A stretch of DNA of 15,929 bases from an uncultured Fibrobacterales bacterium (GTDB lineage Bacteria > Fibrobacterota > Fibrobacteria > Fibrobacterales > CAWVXU01): positions 1 through 15,929 of the forward strand of contig CAWVXU010000060.1 in NCBI GenBank assembly GCA_963934255.1, written 5' to 3'. This document shows, in pieces, positions 1 to 8,053 of the stretch (positions are counted from its first letter, which is position 1; every line of letters starts with the position of its first letter). The translations under genes and the position numbers were made by a program. The notes under the pieces are model-generated. The model had not been told where the DNA came from, searched no databases, and saw only the letters and a list, made by a program, of their open reading frames with translations.

Positions 1-594
1 GGCGTTTTAGTGTGTGAAAACCAAGACCAAGAGATAATCGTCCTCAAAGCCTTCTCATATGGCTATGGCAAAAGATGGAACTGCGCTAATTGGGTCCCGC
101 CTGTTTTTAATGAAAAGGCATATGATGTATTAGGACTTTATGGGAATACCTTAATTCACCCTCTATCAGACCAAATTGCTCTTCTAACTTTGAACACACC
201 CCTATGCATAGACCTTATGAATAAGAGGAAAAAAGTATCTCAAGCATTGATGGAAGACTATCTAGACCTTTATCAGATTCAAACAGCAAAATATGGTATT
301 CAAAACATTCGCAGACTTTTCTATTTGAAAAAAAAAATCCCAATGAGTACAGGTGATTGTTGTGCCCCCAAATTAATTTCTCATGCTTTAAAGTTAGGTC
401 TTCAGCCATTATCCTTAAGTGAATTCTATTATGGAAACCCAGGGAAGGATGGTAAACGCTTATCCGAAGTTTTTTATTCAAGTTGCCCGAGTAAATGTAT
501 TCCTATTTTAGGAACTATGATTTGCGGATTAAGTAAAGCTCAGAACATCAACTCAAAAGAGTTACAAGCTTTCTATCCAGAGGAAACATCATGA
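1..594 (+). CDS. Stand-alone N-terminal domain of the long RluA/TrcP family (putative Zn-binding cytidine-deaminase-like protein); 5'-partial
   Basis: Frame is open from base 1 (GVLVCEN...), so the true start lies upstream of the window. The ordered motifs GVLV, LKAFS, WVPPVF, RKKVSQALM, TGDCCAPKL, PLSLSEFYYG and FYSSCPSKCIPILGTMICGL match my recollection of the N-terminal region of ~550-aa RluA-family proteins (GVLVV..AFSG..FVPPVF..GECAAPKL..EFWWG..YPACxxKCxPIL). Its stop overlaps the next start (ATGA, 591-594). Confidence 0.75.
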   Translation, partial: GVLVCENQDQEIIVLKAFSYGYGKRWNCANWVPPVFNEKAYDVLGLYGNTLIHPLSDQIALLTLNTPLCIDLMNKRKKVSQALMEDYLDLYQIQTAKYGIQNIRRLFYLKKKIPMSTGDCCAPKLISHALKLGLQPLSLSEFYYGNPGKDGKRLSEVFYSSCPSKCIPILGTMICGLSKAQNINSKELQAFYPEETS

Positions 595-1253
595 ATATTG
601 GAGATCGAGTTTTCATCCCACCTGGACTAGAAATTATTTTTGAGGATGACGATATTGTAGTAGTAGTTAAACCCTCTGGCCTACTCTCAGTCCCCGGCCG
701 TGATTTAGATAATCAAGATTGTGTCGTTAGTAGGTTAAAAGCTTTACGCCCTGAAATCATGGAACAACCTGCCGTACATCGACTTGATTGGGAGACTTCA
801 GGACTCATGGTGATGGCCAAACATAAGGCTGCTCATAAAAATCTTTCTAGACAATTTCAAGAAAAACAAATTGAAAAGAGATACATTGCTATAGTTCAAG
901 GGATTGTTAAAGAAGAGTCAGGTATTATTGAACTCGCTTTCAGGCTTGACCCAGAGAATCGTCCCTATCAAGTCTATGACCCAATAAATGGGAAACTTGG
1001 ATTGACACATTGGCGTAACCTTGGAATTGAACATGAAACAACAAGAATTGAATTTACTCCACTCACAGGTAGAACTCATCAACTCAGACTTCACTCATTA
1101 CACCCGCTAGGCTTGGGATATCCTATCATCGGTGACTGCCTCTATGGTGATGGCAAAAAAGTAGATGACCTTCAATTGCATGCGATGTATTTAAGTATTA
1201 TACATCCCATTGAAGAAAAACGAATGTTCTGGCACGTGAACGCTCCATTTTAA
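591..1253 (+). CDS. rluA: RluA-family pseudouridine synthase (catalytic domain only, no S4 domain)
   Basis: Motifs VVKPSGLLSVPGR, catalytic HRLDWETSGL, TGRTHQLRLH, PIIGDCLYG and LQLHA. SD-like GAGG at 580-583. Confidence 0.93.
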   Translation: MNIGDRVFIPPGLEIIFEDDDIVVVVKPSGLLSVPGRDLDNQDCVVSRLKALRPEIMEQPAVHRLDWETSGLMVMAKHKAAHKNLSRQFQEKQIEKRYIAIVQGIVKEESGIIELAFRLDPENRPYQVYDPINGKLGLTHWRNLGIEHETTRIEFTPLTGRTHQLRLHSLHPLGLGYPIIGDCLYGDGKKVDDLQLHAMYLSIIHPIEEKRMFWHVNAPF

Positions 1254-1615
1254 TAATATCTCCAAGTACTTAAGGTACTGACCCTATTTAAAAGATTAGC
1301 CATTGAACCCCAAACACTAATAATAAGTATGTTACCTAATTCGGTAAGTGTTTCAGATTTTAATTCGTCCATTCCTTCTAATGCAAAGGTTTCACCTATT
1401 TCTAAAACATCAATTGGTTTATTTTCAAACCTCAAGTACCTTAACTTCTAGCAATAAAAGATCAAGAAAATAAATTGAGTAACCTTTTTTGACATCTTAG
1501 CCCAATAATCCTTACCATCAAGTTCTTCATCAATTTGAACATCAAACCTTTTTAATAATGTTTTAATCGTAATCCACTATAAAAGTCAGTCATCAGTAAT
1601 CAAGACGTTTTGCAT
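1250..1615 (-). pseudogene. Degraded chemotaxis-type remnant: CheY-like receiver N-terminal half followed by a CheC-like phosphatase fragment
   Basis: Manual translation from ATG 1615 gives MQNVLITDD*LL*WITIKTLLKRFDVQIDEELDGKD. After a frameshift near the T6 run (1485-1490) it reads KGYSIYFLDLLLLEVKVLEV*. From 1372 it reads MDELKSETLTELGNILIISVWGSMANLLN, containing a CheC-type ExxN motif. In-frame stops at 1588-1586 and 1579-1577. Confidence 0.7.
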
Positions 1616-1733
1616 ACAAATCTCTAGGTATTTCTTAATAATGATTGTATCATCTTTTTAATAGGGATTTCAAATTTTCTTGGATAACTCTACATTTGAA
1701 ATACTTTTATGAAGAAAGGCTATTAGAAGCTTC

Positions 1734-2258
1734 ATGTTATCACATAAATTACCAACTCAAGGCAAACCTGCAATTGACTCTCGTGTTGAAAATAATGAAA
1801 TTGTTCAGCCTGGTGACCTCAACATCAACAACACCTTATTTGGTGGTCGACTTGTTGCACTGGTGGACAAGATAGCAGCGATTTCTGCTTTTAAACATTC
1901 TGACATGTCCTGTGTGACGATTTCGATAGATCATCTTATTTTTAAAAAACCAGTCCCTCAAGGCAGTCTAATTACTCTTAGAGCTTGTGTTAATCGGGTA
2001 TTCAACACCAGCCTTGAGGTGGGGGTCAAAGTCACGATGAGACACGGAAGTTGGGCCAAAGGCGAAGAACATGTGTGCTCCGCCTACTTGACTTTCGTCA
2101 CTTTTGATGAAAATGGTAAGAAATCCAAATCTATTCAAGCATTGCCTCAATCTGCAGATGAAATACGTCGTTTCAAACATGCTAGTATGAGAAGAGAAGG
2201 CCGTAAAAAACTCAAGGTATTTATGGATGAAATGCAAGCAAATGACTCAGAACCTTAA
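1734..2258 (+). CDS. Acyl-CoA thioesterase, hotdog fold (YciA-like)
   Basis: IVQPGDLNINNTLFGGRLVALVDKIA, CVTISIDHLIFKKPV, VNRVFNTSLEVGVKV and SAYLTFV are typical of this family. Confidence 0.9.
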   Translation: MLSHKLPTQGKPAIDSRVENNEIVQPGDLNINNTLFGGRLVALVDKIAAISAFKHSDMSCVTISIDHLIFKKPVPQGSLITLRACVNRVFNTSLEVGVKVTMRHGSWAKGEEHVCSAYLTFVTFDENGKKSKSIQALPQSADEIRRFKHASMRREGRKKLKVFMDEMQANDSEP

Positions 2259-2330
2259 TGTGAACCTCAATAAACGTTAAAATCTACAAGTATTTCGTTC
2301 AGTTCCATATATATCATTCAATTCTATTGG

Positions 2331-2366
2331 GACAAAAACCTATTGTCTACCCATTCACTAGACTAT
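2331..2366. promoter_or_regulatory. Possible operator: overlapping inverted repeats upstream of the nifU-like/suf operon
   Basis: GACAA-N7-TTGTC (2331-2347) and ATTGTCTA-N9-TAGACTAT (2342-2366, 7/8 match), just upstream of SD AGGAGG (2385-2390). Confidence 0.3.
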
Positions 2367-2396
2367 TAACTATTTTTAATGAATAGGAGGTTTCAA

Positions 2397-3140
2397 GTGA
2401 GTTCAGACAAAATTATTGCGTTAAGTAAAGCCCCAGTTCATCGCGGAGCTATTTTTCAGGTAGAAGCAGATGAAAGAGGTTTAATCCTGCTTGAGGCTAA
2501 GGAAAAGTCTCTCAAAGTTTACTTTTTAATTGATCCTGAGACCAACCGAGTCTTAGAATCTAAATTCTTCACCTATGGTGGACCAATTTATACCGCCATT
2601 GCAGAAGTCGTCTGTAGAAACTTTGAGGATCAAATCCTTTTTGAGGCGGTAGCTAAATGGGACCCCGAAGCATTAGAAGCAGAGCTTCGCGACGACCCTG
2701 AGACTGAAGAATTAAAGGTTGATGGTCCTGAGCTCAGTACGATCTTGCCTCTATACTCTTATTTTAAGACTCATTACGACGATCGCAAATCACAAGCGAT
2801 GGCCACTCGCATGATCAAACAGCAAAAAGAGAAGCAAAACAATACTGCATTTGAGATTAAATCAGAGAATGATGCAGAATGGGCTGGTAAATCCAAAGAA
2901 GAAAAAATTATCAAAATCAATGAAGTTCTAGACGCTCATGTGAGACAAGGACTTCAGATGGATGGTGGTGATATCGAAGTTTTAGACGTAGTTGATAACG
3001 TTAAAGTTGTTGCAGAGTACCAAGGTGCCTGTGGCTCATGTGGATCTGCAGTTGGCGGCACATTGTTTTTTATTGAAGACACTCTGAGGAAACACGTTCA
3101 CCCAAAATTGAAAGTAGACCCTCGCGGTCTTACATTTTAA
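2397..3140 (+). CDS. NifU-like Fe-S protein: degenerate IscU/NifU_N-like N-terminal domain + C-terminal Nfu domain
   Basis: C-terminal VRQGLQMDGGDIEV...YQGACGSC (Nfu CxxC). N-terminal LKVYFLIDPETNRVLESKFFTYGG..TAIAEVVC resembles the IscU/NifU_N strands. Start reassigned from 2379 to GTG 2397, 6 nt after a perfect AGGAGG. Confidence 0.85.
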   Translation: MSSDKIIALSKAPVHRGAIFQVEADERGLILLEAKEKSLKVYFLIDPETNRVLESKFFTYGGPIYTAIAEVVCRNFEDQILFEAVAKWDPEALEAELRDDPETEELKVDGPELSTILPLYSYFKTHYDDRKSQAMATRMIKQQKEKQNNTAFEIKSENDAEWAGKSKEEKIIKINEVLDAHVRQGLQMDGGDIEVLDVVDNVKVVAEYQGACGSCGSAVGGTLFFIEDTLRKHVHPKLKVDPRGLTF

Positions 3141-3149
3141 GGAATATTC

Positions 3150-4583
3150 ATGGCTCAAGATCCTTCACAATTAGAAGAATACAAATACGGATTTGTTACT
3201 GAAATTGAAACTGAAAGCTTTGACAAAGGTATCACTGAGGAAGTAATCATTAAATCATCCAAGATGAAAAATGAACCTCAGTTTCTACTTGATTTTCGCC
3301 TCAAAGCTTTCAAAAAATGGAAAACAATGACTCCACCACAGTGGCCTCATTTAGAAATTCCTGAAATCGACTTTCAAGATATCGTTTATTACTCTGCTCC
3401 CAAACAGATGGAAACACATGATTCAATTGATGATGTGGACCCAGAGCTTCTAGCAACTTTTGAAAAACTAGGCATCCCTTTAGATGAGCAAAAAAGACTT
3501 GCTAATGTTGCAGTCGATGCTATTTTTGATTCCAAGTCAGTTTTTACTTCACATAAGAAAAAGTTGATGGAATACGGAGTTATCTTCTGTTCTATCTCTG
3601 AAGCTGTTGCTGAATATCCTGAATTGATTGAGCAATATTTAGGCTCAGTAGTCCCTATTGGTGATAACTATTATGCTGCTCTTAATTCAGCTGTTTTTAC
3701 AGATGGTTCCTTTGTGTATATTCCTGAAGGCGTTCATTGCCCAATGGAATTATCCACCTACTTCCGAATTAACAATGAAGAAGCAGGTCAGTTTGAGCGT
3801 ACACTAATCATTGCTGCTGAAGACTCTTACGTGTCCTACCTTGAAGGTTGCACAGCCCCAGCATTTAGCTCAAACCAATTACACGCTGCTGTGGTTGAAT
3901 TAGTGACCTTGGATCGCGCTGAAATAAAATACTCCACAGTTCAAAATTGGTATGCTGGAGACAAAGAAACAGGTATTGGCGGGGTTTATAACTTTGTGAC
4001 CAAACGTGGACTTTGTGAAGGCGTACATTCCAAAATTTCTTGGACTCAAGTAGAAACAGGCTCTGCCATTACTTGGAAATACCCATCATGTATCCTTAAA
4101 GGTGATTACTCAATCGGTGAATTCTTTTCTGTGGCCCTTACCAACGGACTCATGCAGGCCGATACAGGTACTCGCATGACACATATTGGAAAAAACACCA
4201 AGTCTACGATCATTTCCAAAGGTATCAGTGCAGACAAATCGTCTAATTGTTATCGTGGTGGTGTGCATATCCGTGCAGGTGCTGATAAGGCACGTAACTA
4301 CACACAGTGTGATTCTATGCTTGTAGGCGATCAAAGTAGCGCACATACTTTTCCATATATTACTGTAGATAACCCTACAGCCAAAACAGAACATGAAGCA
4401 TCGACTTCCAAAATTTCTGAAGACCAATTGTTCTACTTTGAACAACGAGGAATTTCACGAGAAGATGCCATCTCATCTGTCATTTCAGGGTTTTGTAAAG
4501 ATGTATTTAAAGAGCTCCCTGGTGAGTTCGCTGCTGAAGCTCAGCAACTATTAACTTTAAAACTAGAGAATTCAGTCGGGTAA
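3150..4583 (+). CDS. sufB: Fe-S cluster assembly protein SufB
   Basis: [82 protein letters not shown] and [16 protein letters not shown] precedes the start. Confidence 0.98.
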   Translation: MAQDPSQLEEYKYGFVTEIETESFDKGITEEVIIKSSKMKNEPQFLLDFRLKAFKKWKTMTPPQWPHLEIPEIDFQDIVYYSAPKQMETHDSIDDVDPELLATFEKLGIPLDEQKRLANVAVDAIFDSKSVFTSHKKKLMEYGVIFCSISEAVAEYPELIEQYLGSVVPIGDNYYAALNSAVFTDGSFVYIPEGVHCPMELSTYFRINNEEAGQFERTLIIAAEDSYVSYLEGCTAPAFSSNQLHAAVVELVTLDRAEIKYSTVQNWYAGDKETGIGGVYNFVTKRGLCEGVHSKISWTQVETGSAITWKYPSCILKGDYSIGEFFSVALTNGLMQADTGTRMTHIGKNTKSTIISKGISADKSSNCYRGGVHIRAGADKARNYTQCDSMLVGDQSSAHTFPYITVDNPTAKTEHEASTSKISEDQLFYFEQRGISREDAISSVISGFCKDVFKELPGEFAAEAQQLLTLKLENSVG

Positions 4584-4607
4584 TCGACCTTTGATTAAGG
4601 AAAAAAG

Positions 4608-5351
4608 ATGTTAGATATTTCAAACTTACAGTGTCAACTTGAAGATGGCACCCAGATCCTCAAAGGGGTTGATCTCAAAATTAATAAAGGCGAAATTCAC
4701 GCTATTATGGGTCCTAATGGTTCTGGCAAATCAACACTTTCTAAAGTGCTTGCTGGTCACGCTGATTATGAAGTTTCTGCTGGTAAAACTATTTTCAATG
4801 GCGTTGACCTTGAAGGTCAAGATGCTTCTGAACGAGCCAATATGGGGATCTTCATGGGTTTTCAATATCCGGTAGAAATCCCTGGTGTTAACAATGTTGA
4901 CTTTCTTAAAATGGCTCTTAATGCCAAAGCTGCATACCACGGTCAAGATCAATGGACCGATGAAGCTTTTAAAGAAAAACTAAATGAAAACATGAAACTT
5001 TTGAACATGGATGGCCGTTATCGCGAGCGTGCTCTTAATAGTGGGTTTTCTGGTGGCGAAAAAAAACGTAATGAAATTTTGCAACTAGCAATGCTTGAAC
5101 CTACTCTAGCCGTTCTTGACGAAACAGATTCTGGTCTTGATATTGATGCACTTCGTATCGTTGCTGGTGGAATTAACGCTGTCAGAGACACTGAGCGTTC
5201 AATCATTTTAATCACGCATTATCAACGCCTACTCGATTATGTCAAGCCTGACTTTGTTCACGTACTCAATGATGGCAAAATCATCAAATCAGGTGGACCT
5301 GAGCTTGCACTAGAATTAGAAGAACAAGGATATGATTGGTTGGTATCATGA
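4608..5351 (+). CDS. sufC: Fe-S cluster assembly ATPase SufC
   Basis: Walker A GPNGSGKST, FQYPVEIPGV, signature GFSGGEKKRNEILQ, LDETDSGLDIDAL, ITHYQRLLDY and LEEQGYDW. Confidence 0.98.
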   Translation: MLDISNLQCQLEDGTQILKGVDLKINKGEIHAIMGPNGSGKSTLSKVLAGHADYEVSAGKTIFNGVDLEGQDASERANMGIFMGFQYPVEIPGVNNVDFLKMALNAKAAYHGQDQWTDEAFKEKLNENMKLLNMDGRYRERALNSGFSGGEKKRNEILQLAMLEPTLAVLDETDSGLDIDALRIVAGGINAVRDTERSIILITHYQRLLDYVKPDFVHVLNDGKIIKSGGPELALELEEQGYDWLVS

Positions 5352-6652
5352 GTGTAGAGTTTACTACAGACAGTGCACTGACTGCTAGGTATCAATCTAT
5401 CCTAAATAAAAGCCATCCTCATTTACAAACGTTAAAAACCCATGCCTGGAATTTATTTTCTAAGCAAGGTCTTCCCACTCCCAAAAACGAAGCATTTCAA
5501 TACTGTCGCAGACAACATTTGCAATTAGAAGATTGGAACTTAACTCAAGCCTCTAATACAGATCTTGAAGGTTTTAAGTCAGCTCTTTTTCAAGAGAAAA
5601 ATTCTCCTCGTTTTCTAGCCAACTATGATGGAGTTGAGCTCAATATTTTACAAGATCTTCCTTCAGCGTTTAGTCTTGAAACATTCTCTGCTTCAGAGCT
5701 GAATGATTCAACCCTTCTTAACCAAATTATTGGCCCGGAAGATTTAGTTGAATCAACTAAAGACACACTTGCTTACCTGAATGATGCTTTGTTTGAAAAC
5801 ATTTTAGTCATTAAAGTACATAAGTTTGATGAAGATTTAGCCAAACGAGGCCTTCAGCTTAATTTGAGACAGATTGCTAGTCAAGGTCAATTTTCAAAGA
5901 TAATTATCCATCTCGCTCCAAGTGTAGAGTTTAAAATAGCTCTTGTTGAAGAAGTTTTTCAAAGTGAGTTTCATCATTTATCTGTACACGTAAAATTAGA
6001 AGAAAACTCCAAACTAGAACTGTGCCGTGTCCAAACATCCGACGAAGTTTCAAGCGCATTAACTCATATTGAGTCCATCCAAGCTGCAAATTCAGTCTAC
6101 CGACAAATTCAGGCTACGATGGGTGCACGAATTGCACGACACTCAATTATTAATTTATTGCAAGAACCGGGTGCTGAGTCAAATTTCTTTGGTGTTGCGG
6201 TTTTGGATAACAAATTACAATCACACACTCACCTTCAACTAGAACATCAAGCTGCACACACTGTCAGTACTCAACGTTTTAGTCAAGTACTTCTAGATGG
6301 ATCTCAGGGTTCTTTAGATGGCACAGTAGTTGTCTGTCGTGATGCTCAAAAAGTCACATCTGATCAACTAGTAAAAACCTTAATGCTATCTGAAAATTCT
6401 AAAGCTTACGGTAAGCCGAACCTCAAAATTTATGCTGATGATGTTAAATGTGCACATGGTAATACCTGTGGTGAATTAGAAGATTCATATCTTTTCTACC
6501 TCATGTCTCGTGGTATCGCTAAAGACCGCGCACGTGAAATATTAACACGTGGTTTTGTTGAAGATATTTTAGATGAAATACACCTGCCAATTCTCAAAAA
6601 AGCCGTTGATGACAAACTGCTCAGTCGTCTGATTGCCAAGGAACTAGCTTAA
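5348..6652 (+). CDS. sufD: Fe-S cluster assembly protein SufD
   Basis: GLPTPKNEAFQY, DAQK, KPNLKIYADDVKCAHG and FYLMSRGI; lies between sufC and sufS. Start placed at ATG 5348, which overlaps the sufC stop (ATGA). Confidence 0.93.
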   Translation: MSVEFTTDSALTARYQSILNKSHPHLQTLKTHAWNLFSKQGLPTPKNEAFQYCRRQHLQLEDWNLTQASNTDLEGFKSALFQEKNSPRFLANYDGVELNILQDLPSAFSLETFSASELNDSTLLNQIIGPEDLVESTKDTLAYLNDALFENILVIKVHKFDEDLAKRGLQLNLRQIASQGQFSKIIIHLAPSVEFKIALVEEVFQSEFHHLSVHVKLEENSKLELCRVQTSDEVSSALTHIESIQAANSVYRQIQATMGARIARHSIINLLQEPGAESNFFGVAVLDNKLQSHTHLQLEHQAAHTVSTQRFSQVLLDGSQGSLDGTVVVCRDAQKVTSDQLVKTLMLSENSKAYGKPNLKIYADDVKCAHGNTCGELEDSYLFYLMSRGIAKDRAREILTRGFVEDILDEIHLPILKKAVDDKLLSRLIAKELA

Positions 6653-6724
6653 ATTATTCAACTATCAATTCACATTTGAACATTCAAAACTAAACAATGA
6701 ACTTTGTGAAAACTAAACTTTGAG

Positions 6725-7951
6725 ATGATTATGAAAAACCTATCTGAACTTTATAGAAAAGATTTCCCAGTGTTAAGCAAAACAATTGGTGATAAAACTC
6801 TTGTTTACCTTGATTCAACTGCGACAACTCAAAAGCCTCAGGTAGTCATTGATTCACAGATTGATTTTTTGTCAAAAGAATATAGTTCGGTTAAACGTGG
6901 TGTTTATCAGCTCTCTGAAATCACCACTCAAAAATTTGAGAAAACTCGCCGCGTAGTCAAAGAATTTATTGGAGCGAGTCGTGAAGAAGAAGTCATCTTC
7001 ACAGCCGGCACAACTGATAGTATTAATTTGGTCGCGCAAACATGGGGCCGAAAGAACATCCAAGAAGGTGATGAAATAATTTTATCACAAATCGAGCATC
7101 ACGCAAATATTGTTCCATGGCAAATGTTAGCCGAAGAAAAAAAGGCTCTCATTAAAGTTATTCCATGTGATGACAAGGGCAACCTTTTATTAGATGAGTA
7201 TGTTAAACTGCTTAATGAAAAAACCAAATTTGTCGGCGTCGTTCATATTGCCAACTCAATTGGCACCCTGAATGATGTTGAATACATCGTCCGTGAAGCA
7301 AAGAAGTTTAATGCAATAACACTAGTTGATGGTGCTCAAAGTATCGCTCATCAAAAGATTGATGTTCAAAAAATTGGCTGTGATTTTTTTGTATTCTCAG
7401 GTCACAAAGTTTTTGCACCTACAGGTGTTGGTGTTCTTTATGGACGTTATAAATTACTTGAAATCATGCCACCGTGGCGTGGTGGTGGTGATATGATTGA
7501 GCAAGTTTCTTTCTCAGGTACAACATATGCTCCACCTCCAGCTAAATTCGAAGCCGGAACACCTGCTATTGCCGAAGTCATCGGACTTGGAGTCGCCTTA
7601 GAGTATTTGAATGACATCGGTATTGAAGAGATTGCCGCCTATGAAACTTACATACATCTATTTGCCAAATCTGAACTTCAGAAAATTGAAGGCCTTCGCT
7701 TTATCGGTGAAGCCACGCATCAGACATCTGTTATTTCGTTTGTGTTGGATGGGATCCATGCTCATGATACCGCTATGATCTTAGACGAAGAAGCCATTGC
7801 CGTAAGGTCAGGGCACCACTGCGCCCAACCTGTTATGGAACGTTTTAATGTAGCAGCAACCACCCGTGCAAGCTTCGCCTTCTATAACAATGAAGATGAC
7901 ATACATCGACTTGTCAAGGCCATCAAAAGAGTTCAAAAGATTTTCTCTTAA
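6725..7951 (+). CDS. sufS: Class II cysteine desulfurase SufS
   Basis: YLDSTATTQKP, EHHANIVPW, DGAQ, PLP-lysine motif FSGHKVFAPTG, FEAGTP and catalytic RSGHHCAQP. The start could instead be ATG 6731. Confidence 0.97.
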   Translation: MIMKNLSELYRKDFPVLSKTIGDKTLVYLDSTATTQKPQVVIDSQIDFLSKEYSSVKRGVYQLSEITTQKFEKTRRVVKEFIGASREEEVIFTAGTTDSINLVAQTWGRKNIQEGDEIILSQIEHHANIVPWQMLAEEKKALIKVIPCDDKGNLLLDEYVKLLNEKTKFVGVVHIANSIGTLNDVEYIVREAKKFNAITLVDGAQSIAHQKIDVQKIGCDFFVFSGHKVFAPTGVGVLYGRYKLLEIMPPWRGGGDMIEQVSFSGTTYAPPPAKFEAGTPAIAEVIGLGVALEYLNDIGIEEIAAYETYIHLFAKSELQKIEGLRFIGEATHQTSVISFVLDGIHAHDTAMILDEEAIAVRSGHHCAQPVMERFNVAATTRASFAFYNNEDDIHRLVKAIKRVQKIFS

Positions 7952-7976
7952 ATTAGATCTTAGTGTGCATAGAAAT

Positions 7977-7985
7977 TGGTATAAT
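7977..7985 (+). promoter_or_regulatory. Putative sigma70 extended -10 promoter for the DUF2157/DUF4824-like pair
   Basis: Perfect TGnTATAAT (TGGTATAAT) in the sufS-8054 intergenic gap; a second TATAAT lies at 8030-8035. Confidence 0.45.
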
Positions 7986-8053
7986 ACTTGCATTGATAAA
8001 AGGCAGAGACCTTAACTAGTCTCCATCGCTATAATTCACCGCAGGGGATCATT

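Noticed and set aside
215..481. 88-aa minus-strand ORF
   Set aside because: Antisense shadow of the motif-bearing plus-strand gene; no recognisable features.
1250..1435. 61-aa ORF as an intact small gene
   Set aside because: Better explained as the distal fragment of the CheY/CheC pseudogene; TTG start just after a stop, with no convincing SD.
1645..2237. ORFs 1645-1875 (+) and 1968-2237 (-)
   Set aside because: Overlap the well-supported thioesterase in other frames; no motifs.
2379..2396. ATG 2379 as start of the NifU-like gene
   Set aside because: The AGGAGG SD lies downstream of it and is ideally spaced for GTG 2397.
4110..7993. Short alternative-frame or antisense ORFs inside sufB, sufC and sufS
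   Set aside because: Shadows of highly conserved genes.
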